DNA of 64,000 nucleotides from Giardia intestinalis (Eukaryota): NCBI GenBank assembly GCA_000002435.2, contig CM018792.1; one strand, 5' to 3'. Shown piece by piece: positions 52,601 to 62,435 of this stretch (position 1 is its first letter; each line of letters starts with the position of its first letter). The notes under the pieces were generated by a model. It saw only the letters and a program-made list of their open reading frames with translations, ran no database searches and was not told where the DNA came from. The position numbers and the translations under genes were made by a program.

Positions 52601-53171
52601 TTATGAGAGGAGTAGGGAGCTAGACAGGCGAAAAGACATTTCGGGAATGAAGTTTATGATTAACACAGTCTCATTAGATCGGGTGGTTCCTTCCAAGACC
52701 AGCAGTCGGCCTACACCTTCTGCCGTGTTCCAAAGATCTGCATCATCCAGAGCTAACGCCCAGAATAACTCCCAAGTCAATGCGCAAACCACTATCCGAA
52801 CAAACTCATCTTATCAGACCCCACTTCCATCACTGGTGACGCCCACTACTCTGCAAGATACTACAGCTCCTGTGGTTGCTCTGAGTGCAAACTCTACAGA
52901 GAGCCGTATAAGCAACAGACCTCACTCATCTATCGGCAAATCTACGATACATGAAGAGCTTGTACCGCTAAACCGGATTACACGGTCACAGAGCACTACA
53001 GAGAAGTCATTGGAATTATCAGATCTTCAACCTCCCTCCTGTCTACCGTCTATAGGCTCTCATCGAGGTACTCGTAATGCTGCTACATCGGATCCACAAA
53101 GGGGGTCGGGACACACATCTAACGATCTAGGAAACGCCTTCGAGCGTGTAGAATTGGGAGGGCTTGTATAG
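46560..53171 (+). CDS. Very large hypothetical protein (up to 2203 aa) with coiled-coil segments and a Ser/Thr/Asn-rich C-terminal half. The true start is probably at a downstream in-frame Met.
   Basis: Uninterrupted 6.6 kb ORF. The first ATG (46560) would make its 5' end overlap the divergent TPR gene by 64 nt, so an internal start (e.g. MLSTSLS near 46773) is more plausible. Confidence 0.6.
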   Translation: MLLPGDNLLQNRFRNTVQKGPYSGVQSRKNGNFISSVPLSFNKTHTPGKQYSQLDAEQSFSEAVSNNWRRSMLSTSLSTPSLDLNRAPVGHGQRVLMHNPNESYIEQHEKKLEMMGASAKEVLAQATQSISDHLSSIMSAALLQLKSDIANRKMYVMFEELLHCDVRTDHTQARSVLPIFEPFIDKAESFLQSSFYHFIKKEVEYCVVDCISKHIQEHESDMSKIFDLTVAFAQSQLMNNINELAKKSVVDAKLAEKTNFLTEIVRLKEMLFQKQKIGDMYLAETEKSKRLLLKLMRSDYVEYGQTLHLKDILLRGSEKKREIEEAVSAIELEKTAKESQQRLQMLAGNDTLSSPSSSDDLHCDDLDIRQTRGQLMDKLQRRNAYITQLEDSMKMLEFLKQDLSSKTKELNMAHEATFKANYRKEELEKYLYKLTGVDMRSPQRQKNKPYTEADFAELSDNSLLQSFLSGEARSATPDKVNTQPLSGQTPTNLFTKRSIFEPKDLLIDKLNGDIKILESMLSGDKEAVYAELRRYRANELQHRRKILTYKRFLEFDHGKRGREHPMTGFETRATPLAIDKQLDMLYWIRKALLKTFGIKIKDSDSEQTILKRLDRTIAENYINPEPQEFNSSFDSDGSIDWEGDIAAEKRLQLNPLLDPSMYSKGSTASRSASMRTPGRGWMPNLNSMSNRSTVHRNSTLADPSQPDLHDTPIRFQSTSYGPDTMQNGGGYYDEFGNFLGTDIFCPHCGKYVDATAITYSIDDGEEAEVDENEHMNLASAAHKGSTDKRSSVQGETPFVTPSGSRKRSIYDKTTSFTDKSRRNSSQHAPHGRTFKGYIRDPSIGSPSPAISMRVRFGDNLASTISMDPLTIPQLKSSQPQMNIVLAPDVTQIYTHLSTSDRQQFEHALFKQNIARKGNPNLCQEIDKDLTPLLVSSLAPREVDRILSIPCADPDTPTRFKYDSSLDDSFINYIEYSDNSIHDLEFSDAHDPDLFNYLYNQSAKVISDKVTVQVGDDIAKSCKQSEVAVPIITEGNKDEAFTPLSLRNSTASDGFIAMSGNSHHIPIYNPAELFNTLLLTDSFRAFIESRSLDPRVVCAKDVQAYIAAKRILDVTSFYTSYCKDTQAIADFAILPELSEEPQELDLSFSSDEFYVDISTHPDGGTEGCFLVSRKTNTYEQHQDTVVMRQLKRPFSHAGHIHTRASDVEEVCLDPLSPMQNKPNLEPRPSSSPCCGYVTVNGIDLQLSRSKTQIVDEQPTYTASSHEYSIRSREILKRYLPMIYEANNGEPSSLNTASYNGNGIMNNIKVRPLCKNVVQVISRDRAERFQEYLLNEVKEFKLNRAVRLFIQEQVLEHLVSLKRDLQRSRTRERLMRNKRRVLAAKKALFVKYLQKNGPGNLISSLDTLESYASRLKEKVEYVPVSVAASCTDGWIVNLDMSTLINRAEPGSVCASRGASEDRKSRTNELSYLVNLVGPDQSVCSTEQPQPAVGTEQQDDINVDKRIAVEKELEDLDKTATLAHQLLEQIKTEIQKAVNLINKGIQSPQGLVDEEDFDKYASERTRKKEEVAIEIANTLLKKSGLTANGFLFTNLPLKPADIRNIDDVYQRLYDEAAIINEKMNSRRIQCMQKLSDHYSRLHDSITRPSEITEFLRIKYYGREEPVSRYNYHHHGMFMNSLNKSLHGLTISKRPLNGGLTTSELELLERTNVLERGIQINEKTSNIINVIFGNLYRSKSTGNRDPETGQKSLMMGPGKFISWQEANAELQEIININNRYSLSARGYHSMELVTPANLGTIGRSAIELPPNLTDEQLQQIATEGNCCLVADVDANQDSKLDGAHEMCSTCDADPPTAMPLNSSLINETNSSQHKSHSGPTQDYGSSINNLSTLYEKDDSARASNTNNNSESRPASSSLFTAITPLTSTVECLDQTAQYADLSNLPTTRSIDKLLPSSFSTPVQRQLITQRVNLTPTLETTPVIPLDTPKKGKSQGLSSRKIIQAIQANIKPPSTNRDGYERSRELDRRKDISGMKFMINTVSLDRVVPSKTSSRPTPSAVFQRSASSRANAQNNSQVNAQTTIRTNSSYQTPLPSLVTPTTLQDTTAPVVALSANSTESRISNRPHSSIGKSTIHEELVPLNRITRSQSTTEKSLELSDLQPPSCLPSIGSHRGTRNAATSDPQRGSGHTSNDLGNAFERVELGGLV

Positions 53172-53415
53172 CTCTACGGCCACAGCTAAAAACAAATGTA
53201 CTTAACAGTGGCGTTCGCTCTTGAACTCTTCCTATTGATCTTTCTCCTTGGTGTGTCTATGTCCTTGTTCCGGTCTGTGCTTGTGACTCTAGTAGCGACA
53301 ATTATAGGTGAAGGAGTAATGCACACAGTTGCTATATTATTTATTATTCCGAAACCGGCGTGTGAGCCTGTATCAACGCGCCCTATGGACCAATTAGCAT
53401 CTTACATGGCCTTCC

Positions 53416-54576
53416 TCAGCACTCAGGATGTCGGATGATCGGGCCCTTCGGAAGACGATATTGTTCTGTAAACGCCACATCTTGTTTCAAATTCAAGGCA
53501 TCTTCTGTTCCGATCCACCCATAATCCCTAATAAACTCCGGGCTACACTTTTCTGATGTGGTACGTAAATTGCGGAAATAGAAGCCATCTTCACTGGTGT
53601 ACGGAAGATAGGGGATATGCAGAGAGTCTGCTATGCGCTTCCCAGCTACATCTGCAAGTGTTCTAGGAGAAAGTTCGCCATTCGAAGCTACAGTCTCAAG
53701 ATATGTTATCACTGTTACGCAGAAGGGATTGAAAAGCTTCCGTATAAGGACACGGAAGAGGCTCTTGCCCACATATTCAGTGTGTATCCATGAATAATAT
53801 TTAATGGAGATTGGCTGGACAGAGACTCCTAAGCGGAAAATAGATGTGTGAAAGCGGAGAAGACTCTTCCCAGTCGTCGTGGTGCCTTCGGGAAATATCA
53901 AAAGGGGTGTCCAAAGGTCGTTATCTTCTTCTTTCATGATCTTTGCACGGGCCTCTAATTGGCAAAAGCCGGACAGGGACTTAGTGTCACAACCGGGAGA
54001 GATAAGTTGGGTTACTTCTTCATGGGTATACTTAGCTATATCGCGACGAATTAAAATGGTGCGCGTGGCTGTCGCAATGGCCCTGATGGCCCAGAACCGG
54101 GTAGCGGCTTCTTTAGAAACATATGAGGTACTTTCTGCGCAATACATGCATGGTATGTCCATAAAGTCTGTATGATTAGCAACAATAGCGTGGCATTTAG
54201 CCTTTCCTTTTCGATTTCGTACTATTACACAATATCCCATAGTAAAGAGCATGAGACGAATTATGGGGGCTGTTATCAGCACAAGGAATGTTGCCCTAAC
54301 TCTATCGAATGGCCTGGTAGGATCTGTCCCCAAATTTAAGAAGAAGCATGCCAGTGCCAATAGCAGAAATAGCGGTATTATAATCATTATTCGCAAGAGA
54401 AGAACGAAGGGGGAAAGTGGTAGATAGCAAGGAAGCAGTAGATACTTAACGTACCACTTTTCTCCCATGGAGGTATAGTGCTTATTCTGAATAAAAGGAA
54501 GAACTGGTCGGTACTCCACCTCTCCGTCCATACTTGTTTCTGACCTATTTAGGTCTGGATTTATGAAGGACGCCAT
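53416..54576 (-). CDS. PlsC-family 1-acylglycerol-3-phosphate / lysophospholipid acyltransferase
   Basis: HxxxxD acyltransferase motif in VANHTDFMDIP. The FPEGTTTTGKSLLRF (FPEGTR-type) motif is present. N-terminal hydrophobic anchor helices (FVLLLRIMIIIPLFLLLALACFFL). 386 aa. Confidence 0.7.
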   Translation of the reverse strand: MASFINPDLNRSETSMDGEVEYRPVLPFIQNKHYTSMGEKWYVKYLLLPCYLPLSPFVLLLRIMIIIPLFLLLALACFFLNLGTDPTRPFDRVRATFLVLITAPIIRLMLFTMGYCVIVRNRKGKAKCHAIVANHTDFMDIPCMYCAESTSYVSKEAATRFWAIRAIATATRTILIRRDIAKYTHEEVTQLISPGCDTKSLSGFCQLEARAKIMKEEDNDLWTPLLIFPEGTTTTGKSLLRFHTSIFRLGVSVQPISIKYYSWIHTEYVGKSLFRVLIRKLFNPFCVTVITYLETVASNGELSPRTLADVAGKRIADSLHIPYLPYTSEDGFYFRNLRTTSEKCSPEFIRDYGWIGTEDALNLKQDVAFTEQYRLPKGPIIRHPEC

Positions 54577-54831
54577 TTTTATCTTCTAGTCTTGTCTGCC
54601 AAGCTGTAGCCGACTACGCATACTTCGTAATGCGTAGACTATACCTCCTAAATAGCCTTGTCCACTACAGCTGATTCCGATGAACGGATCGTTGCTCCTG
54701 CCACACGGTGCCTTTCCCTATTGTGCACAGCATCCCATGAGCACAAGGCAACACTGAGTAGACGATACAACGGACGTTATCCCTAAGTTAGTGGCCATCA
54801 CCAGGATCCATTGATACATTCACTACCCGAG

Positions 54832-56735
54832 TCACGCCTTCCCCCTGCACAGGAACCACCAGCAGAGGAAGCCCACGAGGCCCCCCACGACGACGACCAC
54901 AGCGACGGAGATCCCCGCGATGGCCCCCGTGGAGAGCCCGCCCCTGTTGGCGCCAGAGGACACACAGGAGGCCCCAGCATCATCAGGGCTGTACCCATCG
55001 TTGCACACACAGACAGAGTTATCATCAGTGGAGTTGCTGGGACAGCCATCCACGCATGACTTCCTCCCAGGGCTCACCTTCCCACTACTACATGCCTCGC
55101 ACATGTCATCCCTGTTGGGCTTCTTACTACTGTCACAGGAGGTACAGACAGCGGGGGCCATACCACCATCAGACAGAGCTGCTGGGGCTGTACACTGGGA
55201 GCAGCCCTCTACCCCCACATATGCCTTAGCAGTATTACCAGTGCCTGTCAGTGTGCCTAGGGGTTACTACAAGCCAACACAGACTGATCAGTGTTGGATG
55301 CACCAGGCACTACGAAGTACCTATTGTTGGCTGCTTCTGTGCAGATCCCAGTATTACCTGCTGTCTTGCACATGAAGCTACCAGGAGCCTTCTGAGTGCT
55401 ATAACAGCCACCCATGTATAGGAAGTAGTTGTTGGTGCACTGTGTACATACACCATTAGCACAAGTATTCCCAGCCTTTTGAGCCTCACTAGCACAGAGA
55501 CCATCTATAGGAGCTTGTGAACTATCTCCACAATAGGAACAGTAGTGCTTTGTGGTGCCCTGATCATCTATTACGATGGCATCACAAGAGCCAGCTGTCC
55601 CCCCACAAGCCGTGGGGTCCTCGCAGGTCTTCTCTGTGCATGTATAGTTGTCTGAGGTTCCAGCGGGCTTCCTGTTAGGCTTGCACTTTGTGCACTTGAG
55701 AGGTCCTGTAGACTCCTTTGTGCACTCGGCACACCCATCGATGCCCCCCTGTGCATTATCACAAGCAACGCACTCACCAGTAGGACCATTGCCTTTCATG
55801 AAGAACCCAGGCTTGCATGTATCACACTTATCATTGCCAGTTTGAGTGCAGGTGGCACAGTTAGCACCTGGACAAGCGGTGCATGTAACCGTACCACTAC
55901 CACTACTGTAGTATCCATCGAGGCACTCCGAGCAGGTCGGCGGTGTCGCCGAGTCCTTGGTACACTTCTTACACCCGGCAATGCCCTGGTAATTTGGATC
56001 GGCTCCAGCTGAAACGGTACTGCATAAAACACATGTTTTGTCCTCCTTCATAAATAGGGCCTCGTCAGCGCCTTTACATCCAGCGTAGTCTTTTGTCACG
56101 CACGTCGAGGTCCCATCAAGGGCCGTCCTGGGGATCTTACTGTTATCACAAGCTGTGCACTTCGGCTTCTTGGTAGTCGAATCAACCTCACACTGGGTAC
56201 ATGCTTGATCTATCGTGTTGCAAGGAAGGCACTTCCCCGACTCCGGGTCAGCATAAGTGTTTCCAGTGCATCCATTATTATTCACGCATGACTTGTCAGT
56301 CTTCAGGTACTTCCCCTCTGGGCACGATGTACAATGATTCTGACCACTTCCATCGCAGGTCAGACAGGACGGATCACACTGCTTGCATTCGTTATTCTCT
56401 TTATAGTACCCTGCTTGGCACTCAGTGCACGTGGCAGGTCCTGGACTATTAGTTGGTTCCGTGCACTTGAGGCAGTTAGCCACCCCCGTATATCCATCTG
56501 CTCCCTTGGTATCCCAGCAGAGGATGCACTCCCTTCCCTTCTCTGATGGTGTAGCAGGGTTCTTGAACAGGCCGTTAGCTGTATTACACTCAGTGCACAC
56601 TCCATTACTGGCTGCTGTGCATATCTCACTGCCAGGGTGTGCATCCTTGTTGTAGCACCCGCCCATGAAGAGGAGTCTCATACTATCACTATCACCCCCA
56701 CACCACATAGCACTATCACTATCACTGTACAGCAT
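54832..56735 (-). pseudogene. VSP array cassette A (the 3'-most unit): a signal-peptide-less VSP body plus TM-CRGKA tail, broken by a 1-nt homopolymer frameshift
   Basis: Two ORF pieces, 55257..56735 (MLYSDSDSAMWCGGDSDSMRLLFMGGCY......VLACSNP*) and 54832..55218 (...GFLCWWFLCRGKA), are co-linear with the intact paralogue 60565..62358. The break is ctaGGGGttac at ~55257-55262 (four G) versus ctaGGGGGttac (five G) in cassettes D and E. Confidence 0.8.
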
Positions 56736-56748
56736 TCACTACCTAAGT
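56734..56748 (-). terminator. Extended VSP poly(A) signal ACTTAGGTAGTGAAT containing the stop codon of cassette B and overlapping the ATG of cassette A. The same arrangement recurs at 58630-58644 and 60551-60565. At 62420-62436 the first nucleotide is G (GACTTAGG...) because that cassette ends TGA-preceded-by-G context, but the CTTAGGTAGTGAAT core is kept. A variant ACTCGGGTAGTGAAT closes the array at 54818-54832.
   Basis: Minus-strand reading: ..AGG GGG AAG GCG TGA CTT AGG TAG TGA ATG CTG TAC.. The A of TGA starts the 15-mer ACTTAGGTAGTGAAT. Its last two nt plus G form the next ATG. The spacer between stop and next ATG is exactly 12 nt and contains two further in-frame stops. Confidence 0.65.
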
Positions 56749-58631
56749 CACGCCTTCCCCCTGCACAGGAACCACCAGCAGAGGAAGCCCACGAGGCCCC
56801 CCACGACAGCGACCACGGCGACGGCAATGCCCGCGATGGCCCCCGTGCTGAGGCCGCTCCTATTACTGCCAGAGGACACACAGGAGGCCCCAGCATCATC
56901 AGGGCTGTACCCATCGTTGCACACACAGACAGAGTTATCATCAGTGGAGTTGCTGGGACAGCCATCCACGCATGACTTCCTCCCAGGGCTCACCTTCCCA
57001 CTACTACATGCCTCGCACATGTCATCCCTGTTGGGCTTCTTACTACTGTCACAGGAGGTACAGACAGCGGGGGCCATACCACCATCAGACAGAGCTGCTG
57101 GGGCTGTACACTGGGAGCAGCCCTCTACCCCGACGTATGCCTTAGTATCTACTAGTGTGCCTAATGGGTTGCCACAGGCCAGGACAGACTGATCAGTGTT
57201 GGATGCACCAGGGACTACGAAGTACTTATTATTCTCATTGGCAGCTGTACACTTACCATCGGCTGCTGTCTTGCACATGAGGCTTCCTGGTTCTGTATCA
57301 TACTTATAACACCCACCCATGTACAAGAAGTAGTTGTTAGTGCATTGTGTACATACACCTTGATCACATTGATTATTTGCTTTAGCACTATTACACTTCC
57401 CATCTATAGGATACGTATTAGCTTCTCCACAGTATGAGCAATAATGATGCTCTACACCCTTATCATCAATCACTATTGCATCGCAGGCACCAGAGGTACC
57501 ACCACAAGCCGTGGGGTCTTCACATGTCTTCACACATGTATAGTCATCCCCCGCATCTCCATTGGATTGCTTCCTGTAGTTAGGCTTACATTCAGTGCAC
57601 TTGAACCCATTATTGTTAGAACATAGACTACAGCCTTCACGGCCACCATCTGTTGTACTGTCACAAGCAACGCACTCACCAGTAGAGCCGGGTTGTTTCA
57701 TGAAGAATCCAGGCTTGCATTTAGTGCACTTATCATTGCCAGCTTGAGTGCAGGTGGCACAGTTGGCACCACAGGCTTCACATGTAACCGTACCACCATT
57801 TCCACTATTGTAATATCCGTCGAGGCACTCCGAGCAGGTCGGCTTGGCTCCGTTCTTCTTACATGTTTTACACCCAGGCGTCCCTTTATTAGCTTCTAAA
57901 CTTTCACTATCATCACTACACAATATGCACTTGGTGCTACCATCATTTAGAAAGTGGGATCCGTCAACGTTACTTGTTGCGCACCCATTTGCATCGACAC
58001 AGGTTGTCGTGCCATCGATGGCCGTCTTCACCATCTTCTGACCACCGCAGTTAGTGCACTTCGGCTTCTTGGTAGTCGAATCAACCTCACACTGGGTACA
58101 TGCTTGATCTATCGTGTTGCAAGGAAGGCACTTCCCCGACTCCGGGTCAGCATAAGTGTTTCCAGTGCATCCATTATTATTCACGCATGACTTGTCAGTC
58201 TTCAGGTACTTCCCCTCTGGACACGATGTGCAATGATTCGGACCACTTCCATCGCAGGTCAGACAGGACTGATCACACTTCTCACATGCATCACCCTTCT
58301 TAATGTATCCATCTTGGCAGACAGTGCATGTGGCCGGTCCGCTAGTGCCCGTGTGGGAGCATTCTGAGCATCCAGCGACTCCCATGACCCCGTTTCTATC
58401 TATAGTATCGGAGCACAAGATGCACTCACTACCCTTCTCTGATGGTGTAACTGGGTTCTTGAACAGGCCGTTAGCTGTATTACAAGCAGTGCACAGTCCT
58501 CCCTCAGCCTTTGTGCATATCTCACTGCCAGGGTGTGCATCCTTGTTGTAGCACCCGCCCATGAAGAGGAGTCTCATACTATCACTATCACCCCCACACC
58601 ACATAGCACTATCACTATCACTGTACAGCAT
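56748..58631 (-). CDS. VSP array cassette B: intact 627-aa ORF from ATG to CRGKA-stop but with no signal peptide (probably non-functional as a surface protein)
   Basis: It begins MLYSDSDSAMWCGGDSDSMRLLFMGGCYNKDAHPGSEIC with no hydrophobic leader. The rest is a canonical CXXC-rich VSP body with a TM helix and GFLCWWFLCRGKA. The ATG lies 12 nt downstream of cassette C's stop. Confidence 0.75.
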   Translation of the reverse strand: MLYSDSDSAMWCGGDSDSMRLLFMGGCYNKDAHPGSEICTKAEGGLCTACNTANGLFKNPVTPSEKGSECILCSDTIDRNGVMGVAGCSECSHTGTSGPATCTVCQDGYIKKGDACEKCDQSCLTCDGSGPNHCTSCPEGKYLKTDKSCVNNNGCTGNTYADPESGKCLPCNTIDQACTQCEVDSTTKKPKCTNCGGQKMVKTAIDGTTTCVDANGCATSNVDGSHFLNDGSTKCILCSDDSESLEANKGTPGCKTCKKNGAKPTCSECLDGYYNSGNGGTVTCEACGANCATCTQAGNDKCTKCKPGFFMKQPGSTGECVACDSTTDGGREGCSLCSNNNGFKCTECKPNYRKQSNGDAGDDYTCVKTCEDPTACGGTSGACDAIVIDDKGVEHHYCSYCGEANTYPIDGKCNSAKANNQCDQGVCTQCTNNYFLYMGGCYKYDTEPGSLMCKTAADGKCTAANENNKYFVVPGASNTDQSVLACGNPLGTLVDTKAYVGVEGCSQCTAPAALSDGGMAPAVCTSCDSSKKPNRDDMCEACSSGKVSPGRKSCVDGCPSNSTDDNSVCVCNDGYSPDDAGASCVSSGSNRSGLSTGAIAGIAVAVVAVVGGLVGFLCWWFLCRGKA

Positions 58632-58643
58632 TCACTACCTAAG

Positions 58644-60552
58644 TCACGCCTTCCCCCTGCACAGGAACCACCAGCAGAGGAAGCCCACGAGGCCCCCCAC
58701 GACAGCGACCACGGCGACGGCAATGCCCGCGATGGCCCCCGTGCGGAGGCCGCTCCTATTACTGCCAGAGGACACACAGGAGGCCCCAGCATCATCAGGG
58801 CTGTACCCATCGTTGCACACACAGACAGAGTTATCATCAGTGGAGTTGCTGGGACAGCCATCCACGCATGACTTCCTCCCAGGGCTCACCTTCCCACTAC
58901 TACATGCCTCGCACATGTCATCCCTGTTGCAGTGGGAGCATCCCTCAATAGCACATGCGAAGCACCCACTACCATCCCTGTTGGGCTTCTTACTACTGTC
59001 ACAGGAGGTACACACAGCAGCAGTCATGCCACCATCAGATGGAGCTGCTGGGGCTGTACATGCTGAGCAGCCATCCACCCCAACGTATGCCTTAGTATCT
59101 ACTAGTGTGCCTAATGGGTTACCACATGCCAATACAGACTGATTCTGATTGGTTGCCCCTGGGACTACGAAGTACTTATTATTGGCCGCCTCTGTGCATA
59201 TCCCATTGTTACCTGCGGTCTTGCACATGTAGTTGCCTGGTGGACTCTGAGTGCTATAACAGCCACCCATGTACAAGAAGTAGTTGTTAGTGCATTGTGT
59301 ACATACACCTTGATCACATTGATTATTTGCTTTAGCACTATTACACTTCCCATCTATAGGATACGTATTAGCTTCTCCACAGTATGAGCAATAATGATGC
59401 TCTACACCCTTATCATCAATCACTATGGCATCACAGGCACCAGAGGTACCACCACAAGCAGTGTCATCCTCACAGGTCTTCACACATGTATAGTCATCCC
59501 CCGCATCTCCATTGGATTGCTTCCTGTAGTTAGGCTTACATTCAGTGCACTTGAACCCATTATTGTTAGAACATAGACTACAGCCTTCACGGCCACCATC
59601 TGTTGTACTGTCACAAGCAACGCACTCACCAGTAGAGCCGGGTTGTTTCATGAAGAATCCAGGCTTGCATTTAGTGCACTTATCATTGCCAGCTTGAGTG
59701 CAGGTGGCACAGTTGGCACCACAGGCTTCACATGTAACCGTACCACCATTCCACTATGTAATATCCGTCGAGGCACTCCGAGCAGGTCGGCTTGGCTCCG
59801 TTCTTTACATGTTTACACCCGGCGTCCCTTTATTAGCTTCTAAACTTACTCATACAACACATGCTTGGTGCTCCATCATAGAATGGGATCCGTCACGTTA
59901 CTTGCGCAGCCTTTTGCATCGACACAGGTGTCGTGCCATCGATGGCCGTCTCACCATCTTCTGACCACCGCAGTGTGCACTTCGGCTTCTTGGTAGTCGA
60001 ATCAACCTCACACTGGGTACATGCTTGATCTATCGTGTTGCAAGGAAGGCACTTCCCCGACTCCGGGTCAGCATAAGTGTTTCCAGTGCATCCATTATTA
60101 TTCACGCATGACTTGTCAGTCTTCAGGTACTTCCCCTCTGGACACGATGTGCAATGATTCGGACCACTTCCATCGCAGGTCAGACAGGACTGATCACACT
60201 TCTCACATGCATCACCCTTCTTAATGTATCCATCTTGGCAGACAGTGCATGTGGCCGGTCCGCTAGTGCCCGTGTGGGAGCATTCTGAGCATCCAGCGAC
60301 TCCCATGACCCCGTTTCTATCTATAGTATCGGAGCACAAGATGCACTCACTACCCTTCTCTGATGGTGTAACTGGGTTCTTGAACAGGCCGTTAGCTGTA
60401 TTACAAGCAGTGCACAGTCCTCCCTCAGCCTTTGTGCATATCTCACTGCCAGGGTGTGCATCCTTGTTGTAGCACCCGCCCATGAAGAGGAGTCTCATAC
60501 TATCACTATCACCCCCACACCACATAGCACTATCACTATCACTGTACAGCAT
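58644..60552 (-). pseudogene. VSP array cassette C: near-identical to B, but with a ~280-bp patch of many small deletions (multiple frameshifts) and an in-frame 54-nt insertion in the tail module
   Basis: ORF pieces 59893..60552 (MLYSDSDS... start) and 58644..59651 (..CRGKA end). The stretch 59700-59990 differs from the same stretch of B (57780-58070) almost only by 1-3 nt deletions. An extra GSGCFACAIEGCSHCNRD segment lies at ~58920-58975. Confidence 0.75.
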
Positions 60553-60564
60553 TCACTACCTAAG

Positions 60565-62435
60565 TCACGCCTTCCCCCTGCACAGGAACCACCAGCAGAG
60601 GAAGCCCACGAGGCCCCCCACGACAGCGACCACGGCGACGGCAATGCCCGCGATGGCCCCCGTGCGGAGGCCGCTCCTATTACTGCCAGAGGACACACAG
60701 GAGGCCCCAGCATCATCAGGGCTGTACCCATCGTTGCACACACAGACAGAGTTATCATCAGTGGAGTTGCTGGGACAGCCATCCACGCATGACTTCCTCC
60801 CAGGGCTCACCTTCCCACTACTACATGCCTCGCACATGTCATCCCTGTTGGGCTTCTTACTACTGTCACAGGAGGTACAGACAGCGGGGGCCATACCACC
60901 ATCAGACAGAGCTGCTGGGGCTGTACACTGGGAGCAGCCCTCTACCCCCACATATGCCTTAGCAGTATTACCAGTGCCTGTCAGTGTGCCTAGGGGGTTA
61001 CTACAAGCCAACACAGACTGATCAGTGTTGGATGCACCAGGCACTACGAAGTACCTATTGTTGGCTGCTTCTGTGCAGATCCCAGTATTACCTGCTGTCT
61101 TGCACATGAAGCTACCAGGAGCCTTCTGAGTGCTATAACAGCCACCCATGTATAGGAAGTAGTTGTTGGTGCACTGTGTACATACACCATTAGCACAAGT
61201 ATTCCCAGCCTTTTGAGCCTCACTAGCACAGAGACCATCTATAGGAGCTTGTGAACTATCTCCACAATAGGAACAGTAGTGCTTTGTGGTGCCCTGATCA
61301 TCTATTACGATGGCATCACAAGAGCCAGCTGTCCCCCCACAAGCCGTGGGGTCCTCGCAGGTCTTCTCTGTGCATGTATAGTTGTCTGAGGTTCCAGCGG
61401 GCTTCCTGTTAGGCTTGCACTTTGTGCACTTGAGAGGTCCTGTAGACTCCTTTGTGCACTCGGCACACCCATCGATGCCCCCCTGTGCATTATCACAAGC
61501 AACGCACTCACCAGTAGGACCATTGCCTTTCATGAAGAACCCAGGCTTGCATGTATCACACTTATCATTGCCAGTTTGAGTGCAGGTGGCACAGTTAGCA
61601 CCTGGACAAGCGGTGCATGTAACCGTACCACTACCACTACTGTAGTATCCATCGAGGCACTCCGAGCAGGTCGGCGGTGTCGCCGAGTCCTTGGTACACT
61701 TCTTACACCCGGCAATGCCCTGGTCATTTGGATCGGCTCCAGCTGAAACGGTACTGCATAAAACACATGTTTTGTCCTCCTTCATAAATAGGGCCTCGTC
61801 AGCGCCTTTACATCCAGCGTAGTCTTTTGTCACGCACGTCGAGGTCCCATCAAGGGCCGTCCTGGGGATCTTACTGTTATCACAAGCTGTGCACTTCGGC
61901 TTCTTGGTAGTCGAATCAACCTCACACTGGGTACATGCTTGATCTATCGTGTTGCAAGGAAGGCACTTCCCCGACTCCGGGTCAGCATAAGTGTTTCCAG
62001 TGCATCCATTATTATTCACGCATGCATTATCCTTCAGGAACGTATTTCCCTTACAAGAGGTACACTGGGTCGCCGACGTCTCACAGGTCAGGCAAGAGTC
62101 GTTGCACTTCTCACATGCCCCGTTACTATTTAGAAAGTATCCCTCTGTGCAGGTATCACATGTAGCTGCTCCTGCATTCTGTGGTGCCGTACATGTGGCG
62201 CAGTTCTCCACTCCCTTTGTCGCGCCATCTCCCACCGTGTCCCAGCACAGGATGCACTCCCTTCCCTTCTCTGGTGTTGCAGCCGGGTTCTGGAATATGT
62301 ACTGGTTATCTACCTTACAAGCAGTGCACACTCCACTACTGACCTTTGTGCATATCACACTCCACTATCACCCTATCACCCTCTATCACCCACTATCACC
62401 CATTATCACACATTGTACAGCATTCACTACCTAAG
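60565..62435 (-). pseudogene. VSP array cassette D: 597-aa open frame ending in CRGKA, with a divergent 5' third and no ATG start or signal peptide
   Basis: The open frame begins at a GTG (62358) just after a stop. The conserved cassette ATG (62419-62421) is in another frame and hits a stop after 5 codons (MLYNV*). The 5' ~120 aa (ICTKVSSGVCTACKVDNQYIFQNPAATPEKGRECILCWDTVGDGATKG...) differ from cassettes A-C. The rest matches A and E nearly exactly. Confidence 0.7.

Noticed and set aside
56678-56965. Repeated minus-strand alternative-frame ORF ending in a hydrophobic ...CCTVIVIVLCGVGVIVIV stretch that bridges each cassette tail and junction
   Set aside because: It overlaps the genuine TM-CRGKA frame. 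Its hydrophobic end is simply the GTGATAG repeat read in another frame. Nothing suggests it is a leader exon.
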